Shown here: piece by piece, positions 1 through 12,290 of the stretch
Position numbering within the stretch: position 1 is the stretch's first letter
Layout of the letters: each line of letters opens with the position of its first letter
DNA from: Octopus sinensis
Taxonomy: Eukaryota
Length of the DNA: 64,000 bases
NCBI RefSeq assembly: GCF_006345805.1
Contig: NW_021832375.1
Location: 62,001-126,000 of the forward strand
Direction of reading: 5' to 3'
The notes under the pieces: generated by a model
Databases searched by the model: none
Told to the model about the DNA's origin: nothing
Seen by the model: the letters and a program-made list of their open reading frames with translations, nothing else
Position numbers and translations under genes: made by a program

Positions 1-236
1 TGTAGTTTCATAGTTGTTATTTCGTCAACCCTGAAATGATAATTTAGTGTTGAATAATAGAATTCGAACCCAGAATGTAAGCTCCCAGCAAATAACTATA
101 AATAATACCAACAGGATATGTGGTTATCAAGACATAGCAGTAATTGACGCTTTGTGTGTGTGTGTGCCCGTGCATGCGTGTGGCGACTACTTCGATTTTG
201 TTGTGTTTGTGTTTCTGTATATATCTGTGCATGTAT

Positions 237-344
<108 letters not shown>

Positions 345-429
345 ATTTCTCGATGTACGTGTGCTCATAACAATATATTTATATAGACAAATATATACAT
401 TCATATATAGAAAGTTGAAAAGTGACACG

Positions 430-725
430 TGACTGTGTGGTGAGAAGCTTGCTTACCTACCACATTGTTCTGAGTTCAATCTCACTGCGAGGCACCTTTG
501 GTGAGTGTCTTATTCTATAGCCACGGGCTGACCCAATCCTTGTGAGTAGATTAGGTAGATGGAAACTGAAAGAAGCCCATCGGATGTATATATATATATA
601 TATGTTTGTGTTTGTGTTTGTCACCGCACCATCGCTTCACAACCAATGCTGTAGTGTTTACGTCCCCGTAACTTTGCGGTTCGGCAAAAGGTACCGATAG
701 AATAAATACTAGACTTAAAAAGCAA
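430..725 (+). mobile_element. tRNA-derived CORE-type SINE (diverged)
   Basis: A/B-box-like head, core-like gcacctttggtgagtgtctt, and a body matching other copies (1680-2095, 5805-6200, 43735-44240). Confidence 0.75.
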
Positions 726-959
726 GCAAATACATACATATATACGCACATATACATACACATATATATACATATATAAATAGTAAATAAAGTTACTTCT
801 GTTGGCAGCTAGACGCATGGGAACAGTCTACCTTGGCATATATATTCCGCATATGGACGGGACAACAGTCCATCGCAGGGTGAGTCATTCTTGTCAAGGA
901 ATGTGAAATAAAGTCCAACTCATCGCAAATGTTCATTAAACTAAAACACGTAAAGCTCT

Positions 960-1628
960 TCGAGGCTCCAGCAAGGGCTGGTGGCGAACCCTGCTGTATT
1001 ATTTCACCACAACTTTCTCTCACTCTGTCTTCCTGTTTCTGTTGTACCTGTATTTCAAAGGGGCCAGCCATGTCACACTATGTGTCACGCTGAATCTCAC
1101 CGAGAACTACGTTAAGGGTACACGTGTCTGTGGAGTACTCAGCTACTTGCATATTAATTTCACGAAGAGTCTAAGGCGGCGTGCTGGCAGAAACGTTAGC
1201 CCGCCTGGCGAAATACTTAGCAGTATTTCGTCTGCCGCTACGTTCTGAGTTCAAATTCCGCCGAGGTCGACTTTGCCTTTCATCGTTTCGGGGTCGATTA
1301 AATAAGGACCAGTTACGCACTGGGGTTGATATAATCGACTTCGTCCGTTTGTCTGTCCTTGTTCGTCCCCTCTGTGTTTAGCCCCCTGTTGGTAGTAATG
1401 AAATAGGTATTTCGTCTGTCTTTACTTTCTGAGTTTAAATTCCGTCGAGGTCGACTTTGCCTTTCATCCTTTCGGTGTAGATAAATCAAGTACAAGTTTC
1501 GTACTGGTGTAGATCTAATCGATGGCCCACTCCCCTAAAATTTCGGACCTTGTGCCTAGAATTTCACGAGTAGTCTTCCGTTGACTGGATCAACTGGAAA
1601 CCTCTTCGTCTCAACCGACGGAGTGCCA
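960..1628 (+). mobile_element. SINE (family of 13810-14150, 41838-42160) interrupted by a nested SINE at 1166-1559
   Basis: The body gaactacgttaagggtacacgtgtctgtgg continues at 1561-1628. The 10-bp direct repeat aatttcacga at 1156-1165 and 1560-1569 flanks the insert. Confidence 0.75.
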
Positions 1629-1679
1629 TAGTAGTATATATGTACACGCACACACATATATCTATATATTCGTTTCTTT

Positions 1680-2085
1680 TCTTTTATTCGTTTCTTTTAC
1701 TTGTTTCAGTCATTTGACTGCGGCCATGCTGGAGCACCGCCTTTAATCGAGCAACTCGACACCGGGACTTATTCTTTTGTAAGCCCAGTACTTATTCTAT
1801 CGGTCTCTTTTGCCGAACCGCTAAGTAACGGGGACATAAACACACCAGCATCGGTTGTCAAGCAATGCTAGGAGGACTAACACAGACACAAACACACACA
1901 CGCATATATATATATACATATATACGACGGGCTTCTTTCAGTTTCCGTCTACCAAATCCACTCACAAGGCTTTGGTCGGCCCGAGGCTATAGTAGAAGAC
2001 ACTTGCCCAAGGTGCCACGCAGTGGGACTGAACCCGGAACCATGTGGTTGGTAAACAAGCTACTTACCACACAGCCACTCCTGCG

Positions 2086-2138
<53 letters not shown>

Positions 2139-2139
2139 T

Positions 2140-2190
<51 letters not shown>

Positions 2191-2400
2191 GACAGGCTTC
2201 TTTCAGTTTCCGTCTACCAAATCCACTCACAATGCTTTGGTCGGCCCGAGGCTATAGTAGATAACACCTGCCCAAGGTGGCACGCAGTGGGACTGAACCC
2301 GGAACCATGTGGTTGGTAAACAAGCTACCTACCACACAGCCACTCCTGCGCCTATACAGCCACTCCTGCGCCTATACAGCCACTCCTGCGCCTATATATA
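1680..2400 (-). mobile_element. Two CORE-type tRNA-derived SINE copies (1680-2090 full; 2185-2395 5' half with triplicated 20-bp head)
   Basis: Reverse complement of gtggctgtgtggtaagtagcttg...gtggcaccttgggcaagtgtcttct. The 20-mer acagccactcctgcgcctat occurs three times at ~2335-2395. Confidence 0.85.
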
Positions 2401-2809
2401 CAAGATATATAAATATTATTAACGATAATGTTACTATCTAACAAGAATAAATGTTGATGACGAAGCTGTTTTGGTTGAAAGGATCTGAAGAATTAGTAAG
2501 GAAGAAGATAGGAGCTTGTTACCATGGTGGAAACTGATTTGATGGAAGTAAAACAGAAATACTATAGGGTGCAACCCGTGCAAAGTAAAGGCCAAGAATA
2601 GATACAGAGGTATGGAAGTTAAGAGAGAAGTGGGCTCCAGATGCGGGAGTTGGACGGGGGCACATGTGAAATTAACTTCACATAATCTCCAAGAGGATGT
2701 GTAGAAGTAACTCATAGTTTCTCTTCCTTGGGAGTGGGGTTTATGAGATTGTTTTGCCCTCACTCAAACTCTCCCTCTCTTTCACTCACACTCGTTCTCT
2801 GTGCCATTC

Positions 2810-3390
2810 TCTATCCGTATCTTTTTATGCGCCCTTTTCAAGCCTAGTCAGCGCTCATGGGCCCGGTTTCCCGGTTTATGTGGCATATGTGTTCCCCAGC
2901 TGGACGGGACGCCAGTCCATCACAGCGTTACCAAAGAAACAGGAAGAAAGTATGAGAGAAAGTTGGGGCGAAAGAGTAGAACAGGGCTTCGCCACCACAC
3001 CCTGCCTGAGCCTCGTGGAGCATTAGGTGTTTTCGCTCAATAAACACACACAACACACGGTCTGGGAATCGAAACCGCCATCCTCCGACCGCGAGTCCGC
3101 TCCCCTAACCACAGAGCCATTGCGCCTTCACAAAATAAATTCGCCCTTTTAAAGCCTAGACAAGCTCATGGGCCCGGTTTCCCGGTTTCAATGGCGTATG
3201 TGATCCCCAGCTGGAGGGGTCGCCAGTCCATCGCAACGTTACTCATTTTTGCCTGCTGAGTGGACTGGAGCAACGTGAAATGAAGTGTTTTGCTCAAGAA
3301 CCCAACGCGTCGCCACGTCCAGGAATCGAAACCACAATCATGCGATCATGATGCTGACACCCTAACCACTAAGCCACGCGCCTACACCCT
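2810..3390 (-). mobile_element. Two tandem tRNA-derived SINEs with V-domain-like segment
   Basis: The minus strand has a gcgcgtggcttagtggttagg head, ttcttgagcaaaacac and tgcgatggactggcgacccctccag. Both copies share gctcatgggcccggtttcccggttt. Confidence 0.7.
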
Positions 3391-4213
3391 ACGTCCTTAT
3401 ATAAATAGAATAATCATCTACAAGGTGCACCTCGAGCTACAAATAATTCTGCTTACTACAATTATAAGGGTTTAACTTTTGCTAATTAATTATATCGACG
3501 CCAAAGTTAATCTTGAGAGAATTGTATCGACCCTCAAATGATAAAAGGTGACGGGATTCGAACCCAGAATGTAAATTACCAAGGAATAGTTATAAATATT
3601 ACTAACAAGTCATTGAGTGTGTCTCTAGTAGTAATTGTTAGTATGAAACAGGTGTGCCTGTGTGTGTGCGAATCGAAGAAAAGGTGTTTGTGTGACTTAT
3701 GCCACAATAAGCGAAGAGTGTTGTTACACTTGACTTAACATTAACAACTGAAGTCGCTTTTATAAAAAAAAAATTATACTTCTATCCCAGTAAACAACTC
3801 TATATACACCCACATACGTCTCCAACTCTCTATATTCTTTTGTTCATTCCCCTATATTTTGAGGCATTTGACTGAGGCCATGCTGCAGCACCGCCTCCAG
3901 TCAAACAAATCAATCCGGGGACATATCCTTTGTAAGCCGAGTACTTATCCTATCGATCTGTTTTGCCGAACAGCTAAGTTACGCGGACATAAACACACCA
4001 GGGGAGAGAGAGAGAGAGAGGAGAGAGTGAGAGGAGGAGAGAAAGAGCGTGTGAGGCTATTTAGGCAAGTGTGTTTACTGTAGCCTTGGGCCATCAAAAT
4101 CTTGTGAGTGAATTTGGTGAACGGAAACTGAAAGAAGCCCGTCATGGTGCTATTAAGTTAGACATGGCCTGGGCCAATAATGGCCGAAACCTATCAAAGT
4201 ATCAAAGTATCAA

Positions 4214-4245
<32 letters not shown>

Positions 4246-4332
4246 ATATTAGGGAATAAATCCAAAGTTACTGGGAAAAATTATATTTAGGATTAAATCC
4301 AATTTTATAGTATAAATATATTATATTGTATC

Positions 4333-4897
4333 ATATTAAATTAGAGATAAAACCACTATTAGACAAATCAAACAGTGAAAAACATAAGCCAATACATAAA
4401 ATTAATTTAAAAATATAAAAGTTAAACTTTAAAAAATTATTTACATAATTTATACTTATAAATTTTAAATATATATATACAAATATATATATATATATAT
4501 AAATGTGTGTATGTATGTATCTTTTATATTTATATATTATTTTATTTAATAATTTATTAATTAATTAATTTATTTAATTATTTATTTATTAATTTATTTT
4601 ATTATCATATAAATATCAAAAGTATTACAACTTTTAATAATTTTGATACTTATATAATAAAAAAAATTAATTAATGAATAAAATAATATATAAATATAAA
4701 AATATACATACATACATACACACACACACATATATATATATATGTATTTGTATATATATATTTAAAATTTATAAGTTTAAATTATTTAAATAATTTTTTA
4801 AATTTTAACTTTTATATTTTTAAATCAATTTTATGTATTGGCTTATGTTTTTCACTGTTAGATTTGCCTAATAGTGATTTTATCTCTAATTTAATAT
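4333..4897. repeat. AT-rich imperfect inverted repeat centred near 4630
   Basis: atattaaattagagataaaaccactattagacaaatc..cataagccaatacat is mirrored at 4830-4897. A third direct copy is at ~42310-42385. Confidence 0.85.
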
Positions 4898-5508
4898 AAT
4901 ATATATATATAAATGTTTGCAGCTTGTTAAGAAGGTTCTGAAAACAATTACAGTACGGACATTTGATAAGAAACATAGAAGCAACTTCGATGAGATTTTC
5001 TTTCCTTTTATATCGACCTCCATATTCAACTGGTCCTTATTTAATCGACCCTAAAAGCATAAAAGTCAAATTGACATTGGTGGAATTCGAATGCGGAATG
5101 TGAAGCTCCTGGGCAGGGCTCTAAACATTAGTAACAAGGTATTAGCTGGATGTGGTGTGTGTGTGTGTGTGTAATGGTTAGGTGTGTGTGTGTGTGTGTA
5201 TGTGTGTGTATGGTTAGGTGTGTGTAATGGTTAGGTGTGTGTGTGTATAATGGTTGGGTGTGTCACTTATTTTGTAATTGTTGAATAGTGTTTATCACCT
5301 GCTGACTTTAAACCTGACTTGACAAAATTTGTTTTGCCAAACAAAAGGTCGATTGTTAATCTAAGCCATTAAACGACTATCATCATCATCATCATCATCA
5401 TCATTATCAAATCTGTACACACACACACTTGTCAGCATTTGTATATATATTCATATAAATATAGATGTATATGCCTGCATATATATGCATTTATGCCTAC
5501 ATAGGTAC

Positions 5509-5585
<77 letters not shown>

Positions 5586-5766
5586 AATAATCATTACAGA
5601 TAAAAGGGTGAAATATAATTAATTTAATAAAATCAACAAATTTCACCTAGTAGCACTTCGGTAAGGAAAAGGACCATATTCGGTAAAAGATTATATAATT
5701 ATGACAATAAAAATAAGGGTCTTTTCGGTATGTGGTCAATCAACTTGTGGCAAAGACCCTTATTGT

Positions 5767-5798
<32 letters not shown>

Positions 5799-5804
5799 AT
5801 ATAT

Positions 5805-6200
5805 ATATATTCTCTTTTACTCTTCTACTTGTTTCAGTCATTTGGCTGCAGCCATGCTGGAGCACCGCATTTAGTCGAGCAAATCGACCCTGGGACTAAT
5901 TCTTTGTAAGCCCACTACTTATTCTATCGGTCTCTTTTGCCGAACCGCTAAGTGATGGGGACGTAAACACCCCAGCATCGGTTGACAAGCAATTCTAGGG
6001 AGACAAACACACACATATATATCTATACATATATACGACAGGCTTCTCTCAGTTTCCGTCTACCAAATCCACTCACGAGGCATTGGTAGGCCCAGGGCTA
6101 TAGCAGAAGACACTTGCCCAAGATGCCACGCAGTGGGACTGAACCCGGAACCATGTGGCTGGTTAGCAAGCTACTTACCACACAGCCACTCCTGCGCCTA
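5805..6200 (-). mobile_element. CORE-type tRNA-derived SINE
   Basis: Matches 1680-2090 along its length. Confidence 0.85.
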
Positions 6201-6603
6201 TGGCAACTCCTATATATAAATTTATATAACTAATGATAATGGCCTGCATGGGGATGAAAACCTCATAGATAATAATTATTATCAAAATTATAATTTAGCT
6301 GCTAGATATAGCAGCTAAAACCTGACTCTAAAACCACATTAAATGTTCACACAGCACCAGGGGAGAGGAGAAAGAGATAAAGTAAACTAGCAAACGAGTT
6401 TATTATTATCTTTTTTGTTTGATTATTTTTGTCTTTTTGTCTTCCCTCCTGGTGCTGTAGGGACATTTAATGTTGTTTTAGAGTGAAGTTTTGACTGCTA
6501 CGTCTAGCATGATGCTATCTCTTACATACCCTTATTCACAATTTTAATAATTTTATGTATATATATGTGTATATATATATGTATGTATATATATATACGT
6601 AAG

Positions 6604-6672
<69 letters not shown>

Positions 6673-6879
6673 GTACATATATATACATATAGGGAGGCAT
6701 AAACACGTACATACATATACACATACTTACATATACGTTTATGCACGTTTATCGCTGTGTCTGCCTTTCCTTTGAATTTTTAAAAATGTTATATATGTAA
6801 TGCATATATGAGAATGTATGTATATTAATGTACTTATATATATATATATATATATATGTTTATATAAATATATATATAT

Positions 6880-7427
6880 TATAGGCGTAGGAGTGGCTGT
6901 GTGGCACCTTGGGCAAGTGTTTCCTACTATAGTCTAGGCGCGACCAAAACCTTGTGAGTGGATATGGTAGACGGAAACTGAAAGAAGCCCGTCGTATATA
7001 TGTATATAGTTGCTCGACTAAAGGCTTTGCTCCAGCATGGCCGCAGTCAAATGACTGAAACAAGTAAAAGAGTAAAAGAGTATATGCATATATACACACA
7101 CACATATGTAGATGCATATACTCAACATTTAGACATACTAAACGACTTATACGTAAGTGTCTAAAAGTGTATGTGTATGTAGATGCTTATATATAAATAT
7201 ATATATATACATATATATATATATTTTTTTTTACTTGTTTCAGTCATTTGACTGCGGCCATGCTGGAGCACCGCCTTTAGTCGAGCAAATCGACCCCGGG
7301 ACTTATTCTTTGTAAGCCCAGTACTTATTCTATCGGTCTCTTTTGCCGATCGCTAAGTGACGGGGAGGTACGTAAACACACCAGCATCGGTTGTCAAGCA
7401 ATACTAGGGACAAAACACAGACAACAA

Positions 7428-7472
<45 letters not shown>

Positions 7473-7635
7473 TATACGACAGGCTTCTTTCAGTTTCCGT
7501 CTACCAAATCCACTCACAAGGCATTGGTCAGCCCGGGGCTATAGCAGAAGACACTTGCCCAAGATGCCACGCAGTGGGACCGAACCCGGAACCATGTGGT
7601 TGGTTAGCAAGCTACTTACCACACAGCCACTCCTT
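6880..7635. mobile_element. Two CORE-type SINE copies in opposite orientation (6880-7085 +, 7225-7635 -)
   Basis: Same head, core and tail motifs as the other copies. Confidence 0.8.
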
Positions 7636-8342
7636 ATATATATAATATATATAAGGATCTACATACACAAACACATTTGGACACTTACACAAAAGATATA
7701 CACATAAACACACAGACACATATATTCATAAATATATATATTGCAGGCAATGTGGGCGATGGTCAGCGACCGCCTTCTTCGATCAGGAATGGACAGCCTT
7801 CATCTTCATCATACATACATACATGCATATATACATACATACATACATATATACATGCATACATATATGCCTATATACGAAACTGCATACATGCATACAC
7901 AATAAGTAGTTGCATGTATACATGAATACAGACAAAGGTGAATACATACGTAGGTGTATACATACCTGCCCATACATGCATACATACACAGCAATATACT
8001 TACTTGCATATATAACTATATATACTTATATACATACATTCATACACTCTCATTCGTATGCGTATATAGATATATAATTTTCAAAATCCGGTCTCGTACA
8101 CAATGTAAAATACATTCAATGTTGACTCACTATTTCCTTTCTTTGACATTTCTAAAGAAATTCTAAAATATCTCAACTCACGCTCATTAAATTTATAATC
8201 AAAAGAAACTTGTCTCTTTTCAAATGTTAGATCAACTTTTAGGTCATAGTTAGGAAAACAGGTTAAACACAAGTACATATGTACCCACACTTTTCCATCA
8301 ATTTATCTATCTATCTGTCTAGCTAGCTAACTAATTTATGCA

Positions 8343-8379
<37 letters not shown>

Positions 8380-8380
8380 A

Positions 8381-8433
<53 letters not shown>

Positions 8434-8576
8434 ATATGTGTATATATATATATGTATATTATATATATGTATATGCATATATATATGTATATATATATAT
8501 ATGTATATATAAATATATATATGTATATATACATATATATATGTATATATATATATGTATACATATATATATATAC

Positions 8577-8607
<31 letters not shown>

Positions 8608-8816
8608 TATATTTATATATATACATATATGTATATATATACATATATATATGCATATATATATGTATATATATATAGACACATATATGCATATATATAT
8701 ATAGACATATATATATATATATATATATGTATATAAATATATGTATATGTATATATCTATATATGTATTTATATATGTATGTATGTGTATATATATTATA
8801 TATATATGTATGTATG

Positions 8817-9178
8817 TATGTATGTCCTGGGTATAGCCGCCGTCAACTGAATCCAGTTGTAAGGTTCTACTTTGCCATTCCAAATTCTTGAGGAGTGTGG
8901 AACCATTCATTAGCAGTTATTCTTTTCGTTTCTACTCTAGATAGAAGGCCTAATATTTTGGGGGAGAAGGCCAGTCGATTAGATCGACTCTCATTAAGCA
9001 ACTGGTACTTAATTTGTTGACCCAGACATAATGAAAGGCAAACTTAAAAACAGACGAAATACCGCTAAGAATTTTGCTCGGCGTGCTAACATTTCTGCCA
9101 GTTCACCGCTTTTTTGGAGAGATTCCGTTCCTCTTCATTTGACATTGAATTTTGTGTTTTTGCCTGCTCTCGCCCCAC

Positions 9179-9226
<48 letters not shown>

Positions 9227-9253
9227 ATATATATATATATATATTATATATAT

Positions 9254-9286
<33 letters not shown>

Positions 9287-9315
9287 CTATATATCTATAT
9301 ATATATATATATATA

Positions 9316-9379
<64 letters not shown>

Positions 9380-9740
9380 GAGAGAGATAAAGTTAATCCA
9401 AACAAGAAAACAAAAGACAACAACGCGAGGATGTGGAACAGATAAAGTATTATTGGGCGCTCAGGAAAGAAGGGATATATATATATATATATACATTTTC
9501 ACATAATACATATATATATATATATACACATGCATATATATATATACATGCTTGCATACATACGTAATACATTTATACATACGTACGTACATACATACAT
9601 ATATAACGCGTACGTACATGCATATACACATAATACATATATACCCATGTATGCAAACATACATTCGTACACATATACATACATACACACATACATACAT
9701 ACATTTTCACATAATACATATATATATATATATATACACA

Positions 9741-9808
<68 letters not shown>

Positions 9809-10840
9809 GCTTGCATACATACGTAACACTTACATATACATACTTATACACATAATACATACATATACACACACATACATATATACATACGTACATACAT
9901 ACATATATAACACATACATACATGCATATACACATAATACATAGATAACCATGTATGCATACATGCATTCATACATACATACATACATACATACATACAT
10001 ACATACATACATACATTACACACATACATGCATACATACATGCATAATATATTTATATAGTCACTCAACCGTCCGGATAATCGGACGTCATTATTTCTTG
10101 CTGGTCACACTGCAATTCTTGACGCTGTTTTCAGGACTAAGGTTTATAAGTGACCAAGACAATGACATTCTCCCTAAACAGGGAACCAGTCGAACACAGG
10201 GTTATTTATTTTCAGCTCTGTTGACTGGAACAATTTGAAATTAGGTATTTGTTTCAGGACCTCAAAGCTGGAAATCGAAATCATGAGCACAAAATCAGGG
10301 GCTACATGACCTAATCACAGGATCACTCACCTTTCCAAAGTCTGTGTAGGTGTGGCTGTGTTTTGTGTGTGTGTATGAAAATTTTACAAGAAAACTGGTT
10401 TGACAAGATTTAAGTGGGTTTTATATAATCTACATACATATGTACACACACACACACAACACACAACATATATATATATATATATTCTATTCTTATCCAT
10501 ATAATATATATATGCACATAGGTTTTCAGACAATTATGGAGAGGTTACGTCATACGAAATGAATTGAATTATACTTTGACATGACAAATTGTAAAGAGCA
10601 TTCAAATTTGAATAAAAGATCTTGTGTTAGTCAGGGTGTGGCACGAAATTGAATAAGAGTAGTCACCTCCTGCTTATTAACTAACTAAGAAACATTTATA
10701 TCCTTTCGCTTCGTGAGGAAACACGAATCCCAAGCTTCTCCAGCATCGAAACCATTTGAAATAAGGTAAAAAAAATTTTCTTGTCTTGAATCTTATCTTG
10801 AGAAATACAAATGTAGAAGGGCTGGAAATAGAGTTACGAA

Positions 10841-10845
<5 letters not shown>
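8817..10845 (+). repeat. Segmental duplicate of 22684-24615
   Basis: Collinear near-identity of unique and SINE sequence, from gtcctgRgtatagccgccgtcaactg to gaagg(g/a)ctggaaatagagtt. Confidence 0.92.
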
Positions 10846-10895
<50 letters not shown>

Positions 10896-11029
10896 TATAT
10901 ATATACGATTTTTTTCCCTCTGTCTTCCCTTCTCTGGATCTTTCGTTCTTTCCTGAGCGTCCAATAATACTATTTGTTCCACGTCCTTTCGTTGTTGTGT
11001 TTTATGTGCTTTCTTGTTTGGATTAACTT

Positions 11030-11060
<31 letters not shown>

Positions 11061-11125
11061 GTATGTAAGTATGTATGTATGTAAGTATGTATGTATATAT
11101 GTATGTATGTATGTAAGTATGTATG

Positions 11126-11156
<31 letters not shown>

Positions 11157-11239
11157 ATATGTACAAGAGTTTTAAATTTTTCTCGAGCATCAGGCTCCCT
11201 CCCCTTGTGCCTAGAGTAGAAAATAATTTTTATTTAATT

Positions 11240-12290
11240 TAAGGCGTGAGCTGGCAGAAACGTTAGCACGCCGGACGAAATGCTGCAACGCATTTCGTCC
11301 GTCTTCCCATTCTGAGTTCAAATTCCACCGAGGTTGACTTTACCCTTTATCCTTTTGGGGTCGATGAATTAAATACCAGTTGCATACTGGTGTCGATCCA
11401 ATCAACTGGTTCCCTCGCCTTGTGCCTATCGTAGAAAAGAAAAGGCAGCTAGCTTGGCAGAAACGTTAGCACGCCGGGCGAAACACTTAGCGATGTTTCG
11501 TCTGTCTTTTTTTTCTGAGTTCAAATTCCACCGAGGTCGACTTTGCCTTTCATCCTTTCGTACTGGTCGCGTACTGGTATTACACTTATCTACTGGCCAC
11601 CTCCCACCAAATCTGGGGCCTTGTGTCTTGAGTAGAAAAGAATATTTCTTAAATTTTGCATCTAAATGTAATTGTTCTCGTATTTTAAATAATATTTATA
11701 TCTTGTAGGAAAGAGTATGAATTGTTTAAACATTCAAAAAGTGAGTGACTGCATACATTTCTCTCCCCACTTCTTTATCCTATGTTAACATTTTGATGTG
11801 GAATGCATTAAATATGATTTATAGCAATCTTAAATATTATCTATCAGATGGATGTCTTCTGAGAATTATTTCATGTTGTCTAGAATTATTATTTCTTCTC
11901 TTGGCACAAGGACTTGAAAATATGTGGGGAAGGGGGTTAATCGATTATATCGACCCTAGTGCGTAACTGGTACTTATTTAATCGAGCCCAAATTATGGAA
12001 GACAAAGTCGACCTAGACGGAATTTGAACACAGAACGTAGCGGCCGACGAAATACCTATTTCTTTACTACCCACAAGGGGCTAAACACAGAGGGGACAAA
12101 CAAGGACAGACAAACGGATTAAGTAAATAATATCAACCCCAGTGTGTAACTGGTACTTATTTAATCGACCCATAAAGGATGAAAGGCAAAGTCGACCTCG
12201 GCGGAATTTGAACTCAGAACGTAACGGCAGACGAAATACGGCTGCGCATTTCGCTCGGCGTGCTAACGTTTCAGCCAACTCGCCGCCTTA
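11240..12290. mobile_element. Cluster of three tRNA-derived SINEs with the gtcgactttgcctttcatcctttcggggtcgat domain (11240-11420 +, 11445-11640 +, 11920-12290 -)
   Basis: Head ggcagaaacgttagcacgccgggcgaaa plus a conserved central domain (Nin-like by recollection). Other copies are at 1175-1559, 12730-12920 and 29100-29320. Confidence 0.8.

Noticed and set aside
4913-5055. Possible exon after tttgcag (LVKKVLKTITVRTFDKKHRSNFDEIF...)
   Set aside because: There is no convincing donor or recognisable domain, and it runs into a SINE fragment.
5150-5265. tggttagg motifs as interstitial telomere
   Set aside because: They are isolated TTAGG words separated by (TG)n, not tandem TTAGGG/TTAGG arrays.
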